From positions 2,294,001 to 2,358,000 of the forward strand of contig NW_024704761.1 of the NCBI RefSeq assembly GCF_018977255.1: a stretch of DNA of 64,000 nucleotides. The letters are read 5' to 3'. A model generated the notes under the pieces. That model made no database searches. It had not been told where the DNA came from and was given only the letters and a program-made list of their open reading frames with translations. The translations under genes and the position numbers were made by a program. The stretch's first letter is position 1; every line of letters starts with the position of its first letter. Source of the DNA: Callorhinchus milii (lineage: Eukaryota). This document shows, one piece after another, positions 37,305 through 51,034 of this stretch.

Positions 37305-38030
37305 TCAGGGGGTTAGGAGGTCGCAGAGGTGGGGTGGGGTGAGGCTATGGAGGGCTTTGTATGTGATGACCAGGATCTTGAACTGGATCCTCTGAAGGAT
37401 AGGGAACCAGTGGAGTCAGACGAGAGTGGGGGAGATGGGGTCACAGAGTTTGGTGCGGGAGAGGACATGGGCTGCAGAGTTCTGGATTATCTGCAGCCAG
37501 GTCCGCGAAGATTGAGTAAAGAGGAGAGGGGGTGTATGAGGATGGAGTGGTCGACAGTGTTGAAGGCGGTAGAGAGGCGAGGAAGACAAGGAGGCAGAGG
37601 GAGCCCTGATCACAGATGTTCAGAATGTCATTAGTGACTTTGACCAGAGCTGTTTCCGTGCTGTGGGCAGCGCGGAATCCGGATTGGAGGAGTTCAAAGA
37701 GGAATGGCGAGAGAGAAAGGAGCGGAGCCGGGACGCAACGACTCGTTCCATTTGGAGAGGAATGGGAGGTTAGAGATGGGGCGGGAGCTGGAGAGGAGGG
37801 ATGGATCCAGGGAAGGTGTTTTTAAGATGGGGGTGATGACAGCTGTTTTTAGGGGGGTGGGAACTGAACCGGTGCACAAGGAGAGGTTGATGACATCGGA
37901 CAGGAGAGGGGCCAGAAGGTGGAGCTGGGAGACGAGGAGAGAGGTGGGGATGGGATCGAGGGAGCGGGTGGTGGGTTTGAGTTTGCGGACAGTCGTGGTG
38001 AGGGAGGAGGGAGGGATAGGGTCGAAGGAT
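37305..38030 (-). mobile_element. L2-clade LINE, fragmented ORF2/RT
   Basis: Minus-strand peptides LKTAVITPILKTPSLDPS..RPISNLPFLSK and [12 protein letters not shown]. Confidence 0.8.
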
Positions 38031-38449
38031 TACATCTTTGTGATGGATTTTCCCACAGGCCCCAATTTATATTTCGAGGATACAGTGTTGCATTGGTAGA
38101 GAAGTTTCACAATAATGTTTGAAAACACGTTCAGACAAGAGGAAACAAACTTGTTAGTTGGCAGGATAGGATTTGCCACATTGAAACCACCAATTTTGCT
38201 GATGGGTGTTTTGGAATATTTTCTATTTTTCTTTAAATAAAAAAGAAAGTAAGCCAATAAAATTCTAGCAACTCGATCTTCGAGAAGGTTTGTTCCAGTA
38301 TTGGTGGTTGCAATGTGGTAATTTACGGTACTGTAAACCATTACAGTTATTGTACGAAATGGCCATTGATTTGCTCAGGTCCTTCCTGGACTTCTAACCT
38401 TGTGAATTTATCTCCAGTTTGCGCTTTTACTTTACTGGGAGAAGCAGCT

Positions 38450-41400
38450 ATGTTTGAGAATAAAGTCTTGCAGGCTTGGGACTATGTTGTTTTTGGAGTT
38501 ATGCTGGCTGTATCAGCTGCAATCGGAGTTTTTTATGCTGCTAAAAATGGGAAAGGAACTACTGAAGAGTTCTTGGTGGGAAACCGGTCAGTACAAAACT
38601 GAAGTTCAACGAGTAATAATACTAGTCCTTGCATTTGATATAGCGTCTTATCACAACAACAATAAAATTAAATTTATAGAGCGCCTTTCACGTCGGGAGG
38701 ACGGGCCAAAGCGCTGAACAGTCAGGTGTCGGGGCCCGAGCATGGGGGAGGGGTGGAGTAGGGGTGAGGGATGGCTGAGAGGTGGGAGGGAGACCAAAGG
38801 CACGGTCAAAGAGAAGGGTCTTGAGACCGGCGTTGAAGGAGGCGAGGGAGGAAGCGAGGCAAAGGGACCGTGGGATGGAGTTCCAGAGTGTGGGGGCAGA
38901 GAGGATGAAAGACCGGCCACCGATGGTAGGGCGGGTCGGGCACGAGACACGGAGCAACTGGAGCCCGATGAACGGAGGGAGCGGGCAGGTTGGTAGGGAG
39001 TCAGCAGATCAGAGAGGTAGGAGGGGGCAAGGCCATGGACGGCCTTAAAATTGAGGACGAGGATCTTGAACTCGATCCTCTGGGGGATGGGGAGCCAGTG
39101 GAGTTGGGCGGGGGTGGGAGCGATGGGGTTACGGAGCCTGGTGTGCGAGAGTACACGAGCTGCAGAGTCTTCTATACGTATCAAAGAGCATCACAGAATA
39201 TACTTTAAAGTGAATTGACTATACTTTGTGGGTGAAACAAAATGCAAATTAACCATATTATATATATTTATTCCTTTTGGATGTTTGAATGTGATTTAGT
39301 TATTTGAAAAGAAATGCCGCTGCTTTCATTTGCAGTCCTTGTTGTTACCTAATAATATATAATAATCCTTGCATTTGATGCAGCGCCTTATCACGTTGTC
39401 GAAACATTTTTGTTGTTGTTTCAAAGTGAGTCACAGGATGTACTATAAAGTGTTTTTTTTCTTACAGGAAAATCTCTGCATACCCAATTGCTCTTTCATT
39501 GGCATCCAGTTTTCTGTCTGCTATTACTGGTACGTGGATTTTATTGGCTTATTCACAATCAAAATAGTAACATGAGTCAAACTCTCCACTATTCATTACC
39601 TATTTCAATCCAGTGTTCCTTCTCAAATTTATCCAATACATTACAATTTGGTGACTCCAGTTAAGTGAATGCAAGTTGTAGACCTACTTTCAGCTCTGTA
39701 CTTTTCAGGGAACTTTTGGGAGTCAATTTAGAAAAATTGCCAAAAAATGTTGTTGGAAAGCTTTGTTTTTGGGACAGTTCGTCATGATTTACCCCAATAT
39801 CTTAACGTGCAATATTTACAATCGTTAAAATCTAGCTGGTGGGTGAACAATTAACAACAGGAATTGTAGACAATAATTGTACAAAATAGTATACGTTTAC
39901 AGAAGAAACAAAGTAGATACCGGTGTTTGTTGATTTAACTATCTGTATCTGGTTTAACTGAAAACTATCTTTATGGGCAAGCTTGTTTTTATAACATTGT
40001 ACCTTTGTACCAACCATAAATTTGGACCTTAAAAAACAATAGTGTTTTTCCTCTGAATATATTTTAGTAATAATAATCCGTGCAATTAATATTGGGCTTT
40101 TACATTGGGAGGACGTCTCAAAACCTTTCATAGGATTTACTCTACTATGTAGTGACTGTGCATTTTGTAGCCTTCAATAAACGCTGAATAAAATTTGCTC
40201 TAATGTTAAAATGTGAAAGAAATGCCTCTCTTAAGTTGTTTTCTTCTGATTCTCATTACAGTGATTGGAGTTCCTACAGAGATTTACACATATGGAATAA
40301 TGATTGTGTTGCACAACATTTGCTCTCTTTTTACAATGGTAGTAACCTCCCTCATCTACATCCCTCTATTTTACAGACTGAACTTGATTAGCACTTATGA
40401 GGTAAAATATTTTTAAATTTCCTGTTACTCCTTCCATGTTTTGATCTCGTTTATTCTTTCTCTAACCCCAACTTGAACTTGTATGGTACCACTCTTGTAG
40501 GATTATGTCTTGGTGACATCATCCGCAGACATGGGGTCAACTTCCACATGTATGCGGATGACACCCAACTCTATCTTTCTGCCTCCAGCCTCAACTCCAG
40601 GACCATCCTGACAACTGTCTGTCGGACATCAAGTCCTGGATGAGGGCAAACTTCCTACAGTTGAATGTGAACAAGACTGAGGCCCTCCTGATTGTCTCGC
40701 GCCAGCGCCTCAGCACCTCAGGCTCTGGCAGCATCACCCTCCATGGTTGCTCACTACAACTCACCAGTCAGTCAGGATCCTGGGTGTCGTGTTCGACCCT
40801 CAACTGTCTTTTCTCCCCCACATTCAAGCCATGATCCGCTCTGCCTTCCCTCACCTCCGTAACATCGCCTGACTCCGCCACTATCTCACCCCTCAGGCCA
40901 CTGAAACTCGTGTTCATGCCTTCATCACCTCCAGGCTCGACTATGCAAACCCCCTGCGTGTCGGCCTTCCCAACTCCTCCCTCCACACACTGCAGATAAT
41001 CCAGAACTCTGCAGCCCGTGTCCTCTCCCGCACCAAACTCCGTGACCCCATCTCTCCCACTCTCGCCCGACTCCACTGGTTCCCTATCCTTCAGAGGATC
41101 CAGTTCAAGATCTTGGTCCTCCTTAGCCTCCTCCAAGTCCCGCCTCAAGACCCTCCTCTTCGACCCAGCCATTGGCCATCCCCTTTCCCCTCCACTCCCT
41201 TACTCCCCCAACTCCAGCTCGGGTCTGAAATGCTGTTCTCTGTTCAGCGCCTTGGGACGTCCTCCCGACATGAAAGGCGCTATACAAATGTAATCTTGTT
41301 GTTGTTGTTGATTATGTCTCAATGTGCTTTATAGAGACATTGAGACGTTGTGGTTCCCCAATCAGGGTAGGAAGGTGATTGGGTTGAGGATATTGCCCAC

Positions 41401-44400
41401 CTTCCTTTACATGTTTAGTTTTCCTTATTTTAAGGACAAAATGATGGACTCTTTATAATTTTCTCCATAAACATTGAACAAGTTTTGAATCAAGACATTA
41501 CTACATTCCTATAGCAACATAGTACCAACTCCATCTAATTGGATCACATAAGAGGTGCATTTTCCTGTTGTTTTCTTACAGTACCTTAATAGAAGATTTG
41601 GGAATTTCGTCAGGTACCAAGCTGTTGGTTGTTTCTTGTTGTATATGGTAAGTTCGAAGAAAGATTTATAAAAATTTTAGATGTTCCCTATGCTTCTGGG
41701 ACACACATCTAGTGGATTTTTGTGGCTTTAAACTGATCAATTCAATGTTTCATTAGCATCCACATTTTGAATGAACTCCACTACATTTTATAATCTCTCT
41801 GCTGTGATCCATACATTGAATGACAAGATTTGTTATCAGTGACTAGGCTCCAAGGTGACATGTTTGGCAGCAGAAAGTCAGGTCGAGCCAGTCCTCTGTG
41901 ACGGTCTTTAATCTGGTTTCTGAGCCAGGTGGATCTGCAGCATTCCAGGGCACTGCTGATGACAGCACAGCCCAGCCTGGCTCATCAGCGGGACTTGGAA
42001 GGGCAGACCAGTCACTGGGGGCAGGGAATCCTCCTACTCAGCTCCTTTAATCCTACAATCCAAAGCCCTAACAGGCAGGGTGGTTGTAAATGGACAAACA
42101 GCAGGAAAGCTTGGCAGACAGCGCTCTCAATGGCAAACTATGCTGGTTAGACTCCAGCAGTTACCATAACGCACACTCTGGGGTCCCCAAACCATGGATC
42201 TTGCCAACCTGCACTTAATACTCTCCAGAGTTAGGTAAGTAAGATGCTTCCCTCTCGGGAGCAAGTGGGCATTCCATTCCAATAAACATCTCTGGGATTT
42301 CCAATTGAAGGTGGAATGCAAGGAATTCTCGGATACTCTTAAGCACGGTGATGTGTTTCCGCATGTGCCAGATACCTGGCTGAACCAAAAATCCTTATCA
42401 GTTACTAATATAATTTAATGACTCGCAATGACAAGCTGGAAATGAGCATAGGATTCACTCTCTAGGTTTCCCTTCCTCTTACAGTCAAGCATTAAGATTG
42501 AAATTGGTAAATTGCTACCTTTGGAATAGTGTTTGGGTGTAGCAAAGGAGGGTGTGTGTGCATGTTATTATTTTACTTGTAATCTATTAATTATTGAGAT
42601 GGCGGTTTCCATCAAACGACCAAATTGCAGTGTTGTTCTGAGGATGGGCTTCACTATAATCCACTCTAGATCATCATTAATATGTTGTATTGTTTTTTTT
42701 TCCTAGTTTTTTTATCTTGGGATTGTCACCTACATACCCGCCCTAGCACTAAGTGAAGGTAAGCTGGGAACATTCTCAGTATGCTGCCATAGTAGTTACT
42801 GTTCAAAGCTACTGTAACGAGGGGTTTCTGCTCATTTCCACAGAATTAGATTTCCATCCCGTGCTTTGCTAAGAAGTTTGGTTTGACGAAACAAGTTATT
42901 CATTGTGGTTTTAAAAACAGGTCATAAAGTATGTGTTATGAATAATTAAGACACCCGGATCAAAGGGCATGTACATCAGAATCTTCCAAGAAAATCAGAG
43001 AAGAAGTATGTGAGGCTGTGGTTAATTACTGCATTGATGAGTTTTATAAATACTGATGCTCCACCTCGATGACATATTTTTATCATGATTCGATACGTTC
43101 GTTTTTCAGGAATGATTGATCAATCAAAGGTAACTTGATGATACATACCGCAATGGTACCCCAAATCCAGTATGTACCATCAGCTTATCTTTTCTTATCT
43201 CATCTCAGCAAGTAGCGCTTGAATTTGTAACCTGCTACTTGTGGCATTGTAGTTTTCCAATAATTTTCTCTTTTTCAGTTACAGGCTTAAACTTGTGGAT
43301 ATCCATCATAACAACAGGGCTTGTGTGTGCACTATATACAACACTGGTAAGGGAACGCTGTCTAAGTGTTCAGTCGAGTTACTAGTAATAGTTGAAAATA
43401 CGCTGTCTCAAATGCAAGAATTATTATTATTTTACGATTATTACGGGCATCTATTTTGTATCATACATATCATCTGTCATACATAAGGTATAGTTTACCA
43501 GCTGAGTGAATACCCTGCTGTATATTGTCATTTGGATACCAGTATCAGACCTTAATTAGAACTTTTATTGGTGTTTCTAATTTCTCCCCAGGGTGGCATT
43601 AAAGCTGTTGTGTGGACAGATGTTGTCCAGATATGTGTGATGATGGCTGGACTTGTGGCATTGTTTATTCAGGGAACTATTCATGTTGGAGGATTTGGAA
43701 AGGTCTGGAGCATTGCAGAGAGTGGCGGTCGCCTAAATTTTTTTGAGTGAGTAGTTTTGACACAGGGGTCCCTGGCCTGCTCCACGTTCCCTGTCTGACC
43801 CGCTCCACCATCAGTGGTCGGGCCTTCAGCCTCTCTGCCCCCATCCTTTGGAACTCCATCCCACAGTCCCTTCTCTTCGCTCCCTCCCTTGCCTCCTTCA
43901 AAGCATGTCTTAAGACCCTCCTCTTCCACCGTGTCTTCAGTCAAACTCCTTTCTCTGCCCTCCACGCCTCCTGATCCCAACCCCCATCTCGGGTTCAGAT
44001 CCCTGACTGGCCAGTGCGTTTGGATGTCTTCCTAACGTGAAAGGCGCTGTGTAAATGTAATTTGTTGTTGTTGTTGCCCCTTATTTCTTAATGGCATACT
44101 TTTGCACCTTTTCTATCTCGTGCCTAAAAATCTACAGTATATGGTTTTAGGACATGACATGTCAAGCGACTGCCAGGATGGTGGAAGGTGAATTGGATGG
44201 ACCTCGGTCTTCGTTCGCCAGCAAATTATTCTGTTCTTATGGAGCATTTTTCTTCCAGCTTTGATCCTGACCCTAGAAGAAGACTTACATTTTGGACCAT
44301 ATTAATTGGAGGGACATTTTCATGGGTGACAATATATGGTTGCAACCAAGCACAGGTACAAAGATATCTGGCCTGCAAGAGTGAAAAAGAGGCAATAAAG

Positions 44401-47400
44401 TAAGTTAACACCATATTTGATGATTCACTGTCATTACATTGAACATCTCCAAAGCTTTGCGAGGTTCTGGCAAAAGACCCTTCATGATTTAAACCTTTTT
44501 GTCTTCTATGATTTTTCTTTATCCCTGCCTGTCCGGTGCCTTGGGATGTCCTCCCGACGTGAACAATGACAACAAGATTACACTTGTATAGCGGCTTTCA
44601 CATCAGGAGGACGTCCCAAGGCGCTAAACATATGTAATTTGTTGTTGTTGTTATTATGGGGACATCGTAATACAGGCATGATGTATTAGAACGTGTGATA
44701 TATCTCATAAGAATGTGACTAGTTATAATGTTAATTGCAACATTGGCATTTGAATTCTGTGTGTGTGATCTCCCAAGTGCTCAGGTATGCAACTCCTGCA
44801 TAAATGCAAGTTGTTGTTGTTGTTTTGATCCTGTTTTCTGCAGTTACCAACTTTTTTTTCTCTCTCTTAACAGAGCTGTCTTACTGAACTGGCTTGGAAG
44901 CATTATAGTGACAATCCCTGCTTGTCTTTGTGGATTGGTTATGTATGCTGTGTATGAAACCTGTGATCCATTGATGACAAAAAGAATTAGCAACCCCAAT
45001 CAAGTAAGTTTTTTAAAACATTTTTTTTGAAAACTTTCATCATTTAAAATAAAAGATCTGTTTGGAATACATTTGCTACATTCTTGGTATTTCAGAGCGT
45101 CCAGAATTTGGAAAAATTTGTCCCTCACCTCTGTAACATCGCCTGACTCTGCCACTATCTCACCCCTCAGGCCGCTGAAACTCTTGTTCATGCCTTCATC
45201 ACCTCTAGGCTCGACTGTGCAAACACTCTACTTGTCGGCCTTCCCAACTCCTCCCTCCACAGATGCAGATAATCCAGAACTAACTCTACAGCCCGTGTTC
45301 TCTCACACACCAAACTCTGTGACCCCATCTCCCCCACTCTCGTCCGACTCCATTGGCTCCCTATCCTTCAGAGGATCCAGTTCAAGATCCTGGTCCTCAC
45401 CTACAAAGCCCTCCATGGCCTCGCCCCACCCTACCTCTGCGACCTCCTAACCCCCTACCAACCCGCCCGTTCCCTCCACTCAACCGACTCCGGAAAACAA
45501 CATGTTGAAGACTTTAAACACATTTCGCCCACAAAATGCGCAGTCAATTCACTTTACAGTATACTCTGTGAAGCGCTTTGAGACGTCTCCAAGATGTGAT
45601 GAGGCGCTATATCAAATGCAAGGATTATTATTATTTTTATGATGATGATTATTATTATTATGATTAAAAAATGCCAATCCAATTAATTTGTTTTACTTGT
45701 AATCTTTCTAAAGATGACTCCATTGTTGGTTATGGATATTCTTTCTCAAACCCCCGGAATCCCTGGCCTTTTTGTGGCGTGTGCATTCAGTGGTACACTG
45801 AGGTACAGAAACATATTGTTTGAGATACAGTGCGTTAGAACGTGCAAGTTAGAACAGCAAGACTTCCCATTCAGCGCGTCGCTACCTCACTTTACCTTTG
45901 TAAACCACTTGTGTTGATGACCTGATGCGAGCGGAAAGTTGAGGTTTAATCCCATTTCTTTTGGCTTTAAATGTTGCTTTGGAGAGAATGTAGTCAAATT
46001 GAGATTGTGTAACATTCCTCATGTAATCTTCTCAGAAGTATGTTTTACATTTAGAAGGATCTTAAAGAATATGTATATATATATATATATTATATATACC
46101 TGCACACAAACAAATGAAAGGATCATTGATATCAGGAAAACACTCAGCTGATAATCGCAGTGTCAAAGTGATACATCATTATTTAGTATCTATGAAAGCA
46201 TATTTTTAAAATATTAAATAAAGCCGGTGGAAGCAGATTCGATAACAGCTTTCAGAGGGGAATTGGATAGGTACTTAAAAAGGAAATATTTGCAAGGCTA
46301 TGAGAGTAAGAGCGAGGGAGTGGGATTAGTTTAGCTCTTTCAAAGAGCCAGCGCAGGCACGATGGGCCGAATGGCTGTAACATTCCCTGGTTCTATGAAA
46401 TTATATTATGGAATCGCAAGAATATCGGATTCTGTGGTACTTGTGCGTAAGATTACTTTTGTTTTCCTTGTACACAGCACAGTGTCATCGGGAATTAATG
46501 CCATGGCTGCAGTTGTGGTTGAAGATATATTCAAAGCAAAATGGAAACCTTGGAATTACATTTCTAATGACAAGAAGACACTGATCTCAAAATTCCTAGG
46601 TTACTTTTTAACTTATAAGACACTTTTCCTCTTCATGTATGCGCTATATACATATATATTGGTGATGGAAGGGGTGGGAGGGGTGGGCGGTGCATATTTA
46701 CTGGTATATTTCCTATTGAGTTTATTTCAGTGGAAGGTTTAAAATTATATCTTATTTTGCAAGCTTTTGAGTCTTTGCTAACCATTGTATAGTTATATTT
46801 TAGCCATGACGTTTGGACTTGCTACAATAGGCCTGGCCGGGGTAGCATCTACTTTACAAGGAAATATAATGCAGGTAAACACAAGTCTGCTATTTGTAAA
46901 ATTCTTCTAGTTTGTACCATTTAAAAATAAATAAGTTGCAAACAGTAATGTGGTTTATGTTCCTGGTGTTGTATCTTTTATCTTCTACACAGGCATCACA
47001 AACCGTTCTAGGTTTAATTCAGGGACCAACATTAGGTGTATTCACTTTAGCAGCTTTGTTTCCAAGGAGCAATAGCAAGGTGAGGTTTCACATATACTGT
47101 GGTAAAATCCTTTTACAAGCTCATTTTCAGGGTCTGGTACTTTAGTATTTTATGTTAATGTTTGAAAAAACTTGACAGAATCAGGCTATTCTTGCTTTTG
47201 TTGTTCATTTTTTATTGAGGGGAATAATCCCTTCCAAAATATTAATTTGGGTCACTCACTCCGGGACTGTTTGTGGGACACTGTTGTGCGCAATTGCTGC
47301 CGCGTTTCGACCACAAAACATACAGTCTCTACACTTCACAGTATATTCTGTGAAGCGCTTTGAGACGTCTCGTGATAAGGTGCTGTATCAAATCAAGGAT

Positions 47401-50400
47401 TATTATTATTGTTAACTGCTGTGATACATCCTCCCGATGGATGCAAAATGTAAATCGTGTTGAAAATTGTCTCCTAGCCTTTCCTTTTCCGCTAAGATTA
47501 TTTGGTGCTTTGATATAGATTGTCGGCCAACTTAATTTCTACTGTATTGAGAAACAGCATCTAACAAATATAAAAAGTGGCTATGGGATTAGGAGAGGGG
47601 CATTCTATTTGTTGAGCTTGCTCTGACTATTTATACTTGTTATATTTTGTATTTTTATACATTAGTCAACAATATACTGTATTACCTTTCATTTCTTTTT
47701 TTCCTCGAAGGGAGCACTTGTAGGCATGTTTGTCGGTTTAGCGCTTTCTTTGTGGTTAGGGATTGGGGCACAAATCTACCCACCTGTCACCAGATTTGCA
47801 AGGCAACTCAACATATCTTCAATAGGTTGCCTGCAGCCTAATGCCACCATCTCGACCCCAGTGAATGGATCATCCCTGGTCACAACCACGATAGCATCCG
47901 AAGCACAGGAAGGGATGTAAGTCATTCAGCAACGTAGGACTCACATCTTACATTCAATTCACATTTTTTTTTTAAAAAAAGAGTTTAAAAACGCAATAGA
48001 ATGCAGTGACCTTCTGCTGTTTAAAATATAGAACAGCAAACAAACTCAGTAATGTGAATATCCAATAGTTCATTCAAATTAATTACAATTGTATAGCGCC
48101 TTTCACGTCTGGAGGACATCCCAAGGCGTTGGATAGTCAGGGATTTGGCCACACAGGGCCTCAAAGGCGAGGACGAGGATTTTGAACTCTATCTTCTGGG
48201 GGATGGGGAGCCAGTGGAGCCGCGCGAATACAATAACATAGGATCACGGAACACGTGTGATGCAGAGCAGATCACACCTTATTCTAAAAGAAGATAAGAT
48301 AATTGAAGTCTTTGAAAATATGTCGCGCTGGCCTAAAACAGACCCAATCTGGATCGGAACTGCAAAACTCCGTCAGCAGTAATTGATCTTTTATTCAGCT
48401 GAATCCACATTTAATTGACTTAGAATTTTGACGCCTTTCCCGATTTTCGAAGGCTATTACTAGCAAAAATATAAACTCTGTTAATGGGCCAGATCAATCG
48501 TTGTATATACTTTTTTTTATTGCATTGACGAGTGACTTAACTTTCATCGAGATGAACAGTTAAGCTGCCTATTTGATAAATATATGCTAGGTTAGGAACA
48601 CAAGTTCACAGTGCATTAAGAAATTACTATAACTGTATGTTCTATCAAGAGGGTCCCATTTGTCCCCTGAAACTAGAATTGTGCTTTTTGAAAATATTGT
48701 TTTTTTTAGTTTCTTTGGTCAGGAGGATTTATTCTATTGAATGATACGATGCTGTTCCTTGTTTCTCCCACCAGAAGGCATGCTCGAGAAGGCTGGAATG
48801 GGAGCTTCGCCCACACATGTCTTGTTGCCCTGTTTTGTGGAACTTTTCTTTTATCAAAATATTATTATTAACTTGTCCTGATCCATGCCCCATCTTCAAA
48901 GGAATGTATCTAGCCAGGAATTCACAGGAAAACATTTTGTTTGTTTTGCCTACAAAATACACAGTCTGCACTTTACAGTGTATCCTGTGAAGCGCTTTGA
49001 GATGTCTCGAAGACGTGATATGGCGCTGTATCAAATGCAGGGATCATTATTATTGATTGATTGATCGATTGATTGTTTTCACCCGCAAAAAAATAAAGAT
49101 AATATTGTTTAGGCACAATGTGGCACTATTAATTGACTGGACCATACAGTTTGATGTAGTCCCAGAATAAAATTGTTTGTTTAATAGGGACACAAAACGA
49201 CTCAATCTGGAAACTTAACCTTAATTACTTTCTTTTGTATTTTAGATCCAGCATCATGAAAAATTTCTACTCCTTATCCTTTATGTACTATTGCCTAATT
49301 GGTTGCCTGTGTACAATTTTAGTAGGTTTAATGGTCAGCTTTTGTACGGGTAAGTAAAATGATATTACAAATAGTGACTAGAAAAATCCTATCACAAAAC
49401 TGAATCAATGAGGTTGAAAAAGCCCTTGAATAACATAACTACTGAAAAAAACTCGTCATCTGTAACAACTTCTATACAGGAATTATATCAAAGTCACACA
49501 GTTTAGTCTCGCAGAAGCAAAGAGAGGCAACTATTGAAGGTATACTTATGCCTTAGCATAATGCCACTAAGATGGGAATCTCAACAAAGCCAGTTTCATT
49601 TTTTATTTTAAAAAAAGACCTTGGGATATTTTATAAGAAATTAAAACATATGATGAAATCTTGAGAAAATAGCATATTTTCACATACGGATGTATTTTGG
49701 TCTATGTACTTTTGCCAGAGTGGCACAAAAGACCAACAGAGATTTAAATCGATGTAAATTATGAAATATGAATACTGCAATGCAAATTTTTAGGTCTCTT
49801 TCTGAATAAAGTTTACTTATATTTTAGTCATTGTGTTGCTAGGTACCCACAAAATGTCTTAGCAACATTTCCTCCAACTGTTTGACTTAAATTTTATATC
49901 TGCTATGGTTAGTTCACTTTCACTGCTAACTCTGAACTCAATATTATAGGAGGAGCTAAAGATGTGGATCCAACTCTCATTGCTCCGATAATAAAGAACT
50001 TTTCCATGGCCCTTTTGAGGGAAGAACAAACCCCTCCATTACCTGAATCAGTAAGATTATGTTTCACTTCAACTTAACATGTGGTCATCGTGTAGAGTCC
50101 CGTAACTTAATGGTTAGAGCGCTCGCCTCTCAAGCGAGAGGACCTGGGTTCGATTCCCGGGCAGGGCGAAATGTTGGGCAAGTTTCCTTACTCCACACAC
50201 CTCTGCTTACCTAGCAGTAAGTAGGAACCCGCTTGTTAGTTAATTGTCGGAACGGTTTTCCGCGGGGGTAATAATCCCTTAAAAAGATAAAGAAAAATAA
50301 TAATAATTTGGACACTCAATCCATGACTGCTGTGCGCAATTGGCTGGAGAGTATTACTAATATAACCACTTTGTATATAGAGATATACATACACAAATTT

Positions 50401-51034
50401 TAGACTCTCTCAGTACTTAAAATTTCCTTTATAAGGTTGATTATTTTTGCTGGTTCTCAGCTGAATTGTTGGGAGAGTTGTCTATAGAATTTAGAAGAGT
50501 AAAATTCAGCCTCCACACAGCGCAAACGACTCATGGAAGCCACATGTGAGAGCTGCTAAACATCCTTTAGTCCTTGCACTTTATGGGTAACTTAGTAAGA
50601 TTTTATTTCAGGAGAAGTAACTTCATTTTGTTGAAGCAACACACATTGAGCAAGAATGAGATCTTGAGAGTTCAAGCACTGATGTGAGTTAAAGAATAAT
50701 TATAGGAATAGAGAACACTGGTTTGAAATTAAAAAGCAGCATTTTTTTCCGTCAGAGAAAAGTTGATAGCTTCAGTAAACACATTAGCATGTCTCACAGT
50801 TTATAAATCTATTTCTTCAGTACATGTTTCACCATACAACAACAAATTGTATTTACATATAATAACACCCCTCACATAGTCCCATACTCAAAAATGTCCA
50901 AAATAATGTTCAAGGTTACTTACATTCAATGATATTTGTCACATTTACAGAATGAAAATACGTTGCTGAATTTGGTGGACAATCATTTCGAACTGTTGGA
51001 GCCAGTGAGGTTAAAGCATAAGATAAGTTTATAA
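38450..51034 (+). CDS. Sodium-coupled monocarboxylate transporter-like (SLC5A8/SLC5A12/SLC5A5 group), copy 1
   Basis: Exons 38450-38586, 39468-39529, 40262-40401, 41582-41647, 42707-42758, 43279-43346, 43592-43746 ([11 protein letters not shown]), 44259-44399 ([11 protein letters not shown]), 44874-45003, 45714-45802 ([14 protein letters not shown]), 46478-46599, 46804-46874, 46993-47079, 47711-47916, 49246-49349, 49950-50050 and probably 50951-51034. Frame open throughout; the terminal exon is uncertain. Confidence 0.9.
38650..39175 (-). mobile_element. L2-clade LINE 3' end in SLC5 copy 1 intron 1
   Basis: [28 protein letters not shown] peptide plus the shared 3' tail. Confidence 0.85.
40500..41310 (+). 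mobile_element. L2-clade LINE with RT YADD region and 3' tail
   Basis: [11 protein letters not shown] at ~40543-40575, [15 protein letters not shown], tail ending (TTG)n. Confidence 0.88.
41925..42400 (+). repeat. Unclassified dispersed repeat, longest copy; others at ~700-895, ~7660-8030, ~12795-13130
   Basis: Shared blocks GGGCACTGCTGAT, GACTTGGAAGGGC, GTCACTGGGGGCAGGGAATCCTCC, CAGGAAAGCTTG, GACTCCAGCAGTTACC, CTTGCCAACCTGCAC. Confidence 0.7.
45115..45490 (+). mobile_element. L2-clade LINE fragment
   Basis: Highly similar to the 40850-41120 portion of the L2 copy above. Confidence 0.8.
50095..50345 (+). mobile_element. tRNA-headed SINE, 3'-truncated
   Basis: A/B boxes (TAACTTAATGG, GGTTCGATTCC) run directly into the SINE body GGGCAAGTTTCCTTACTCC. 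Confidence 0.8.

Noticed and set aside
50095-50170. tRNA-like sequences with A/B boxes (also ~17005-17055(-), ~30905-30970(-), ~62012-62088)
   Set aside because: No proper acceptor stem, and they continue into SINE bodies, so they are SINE heads.
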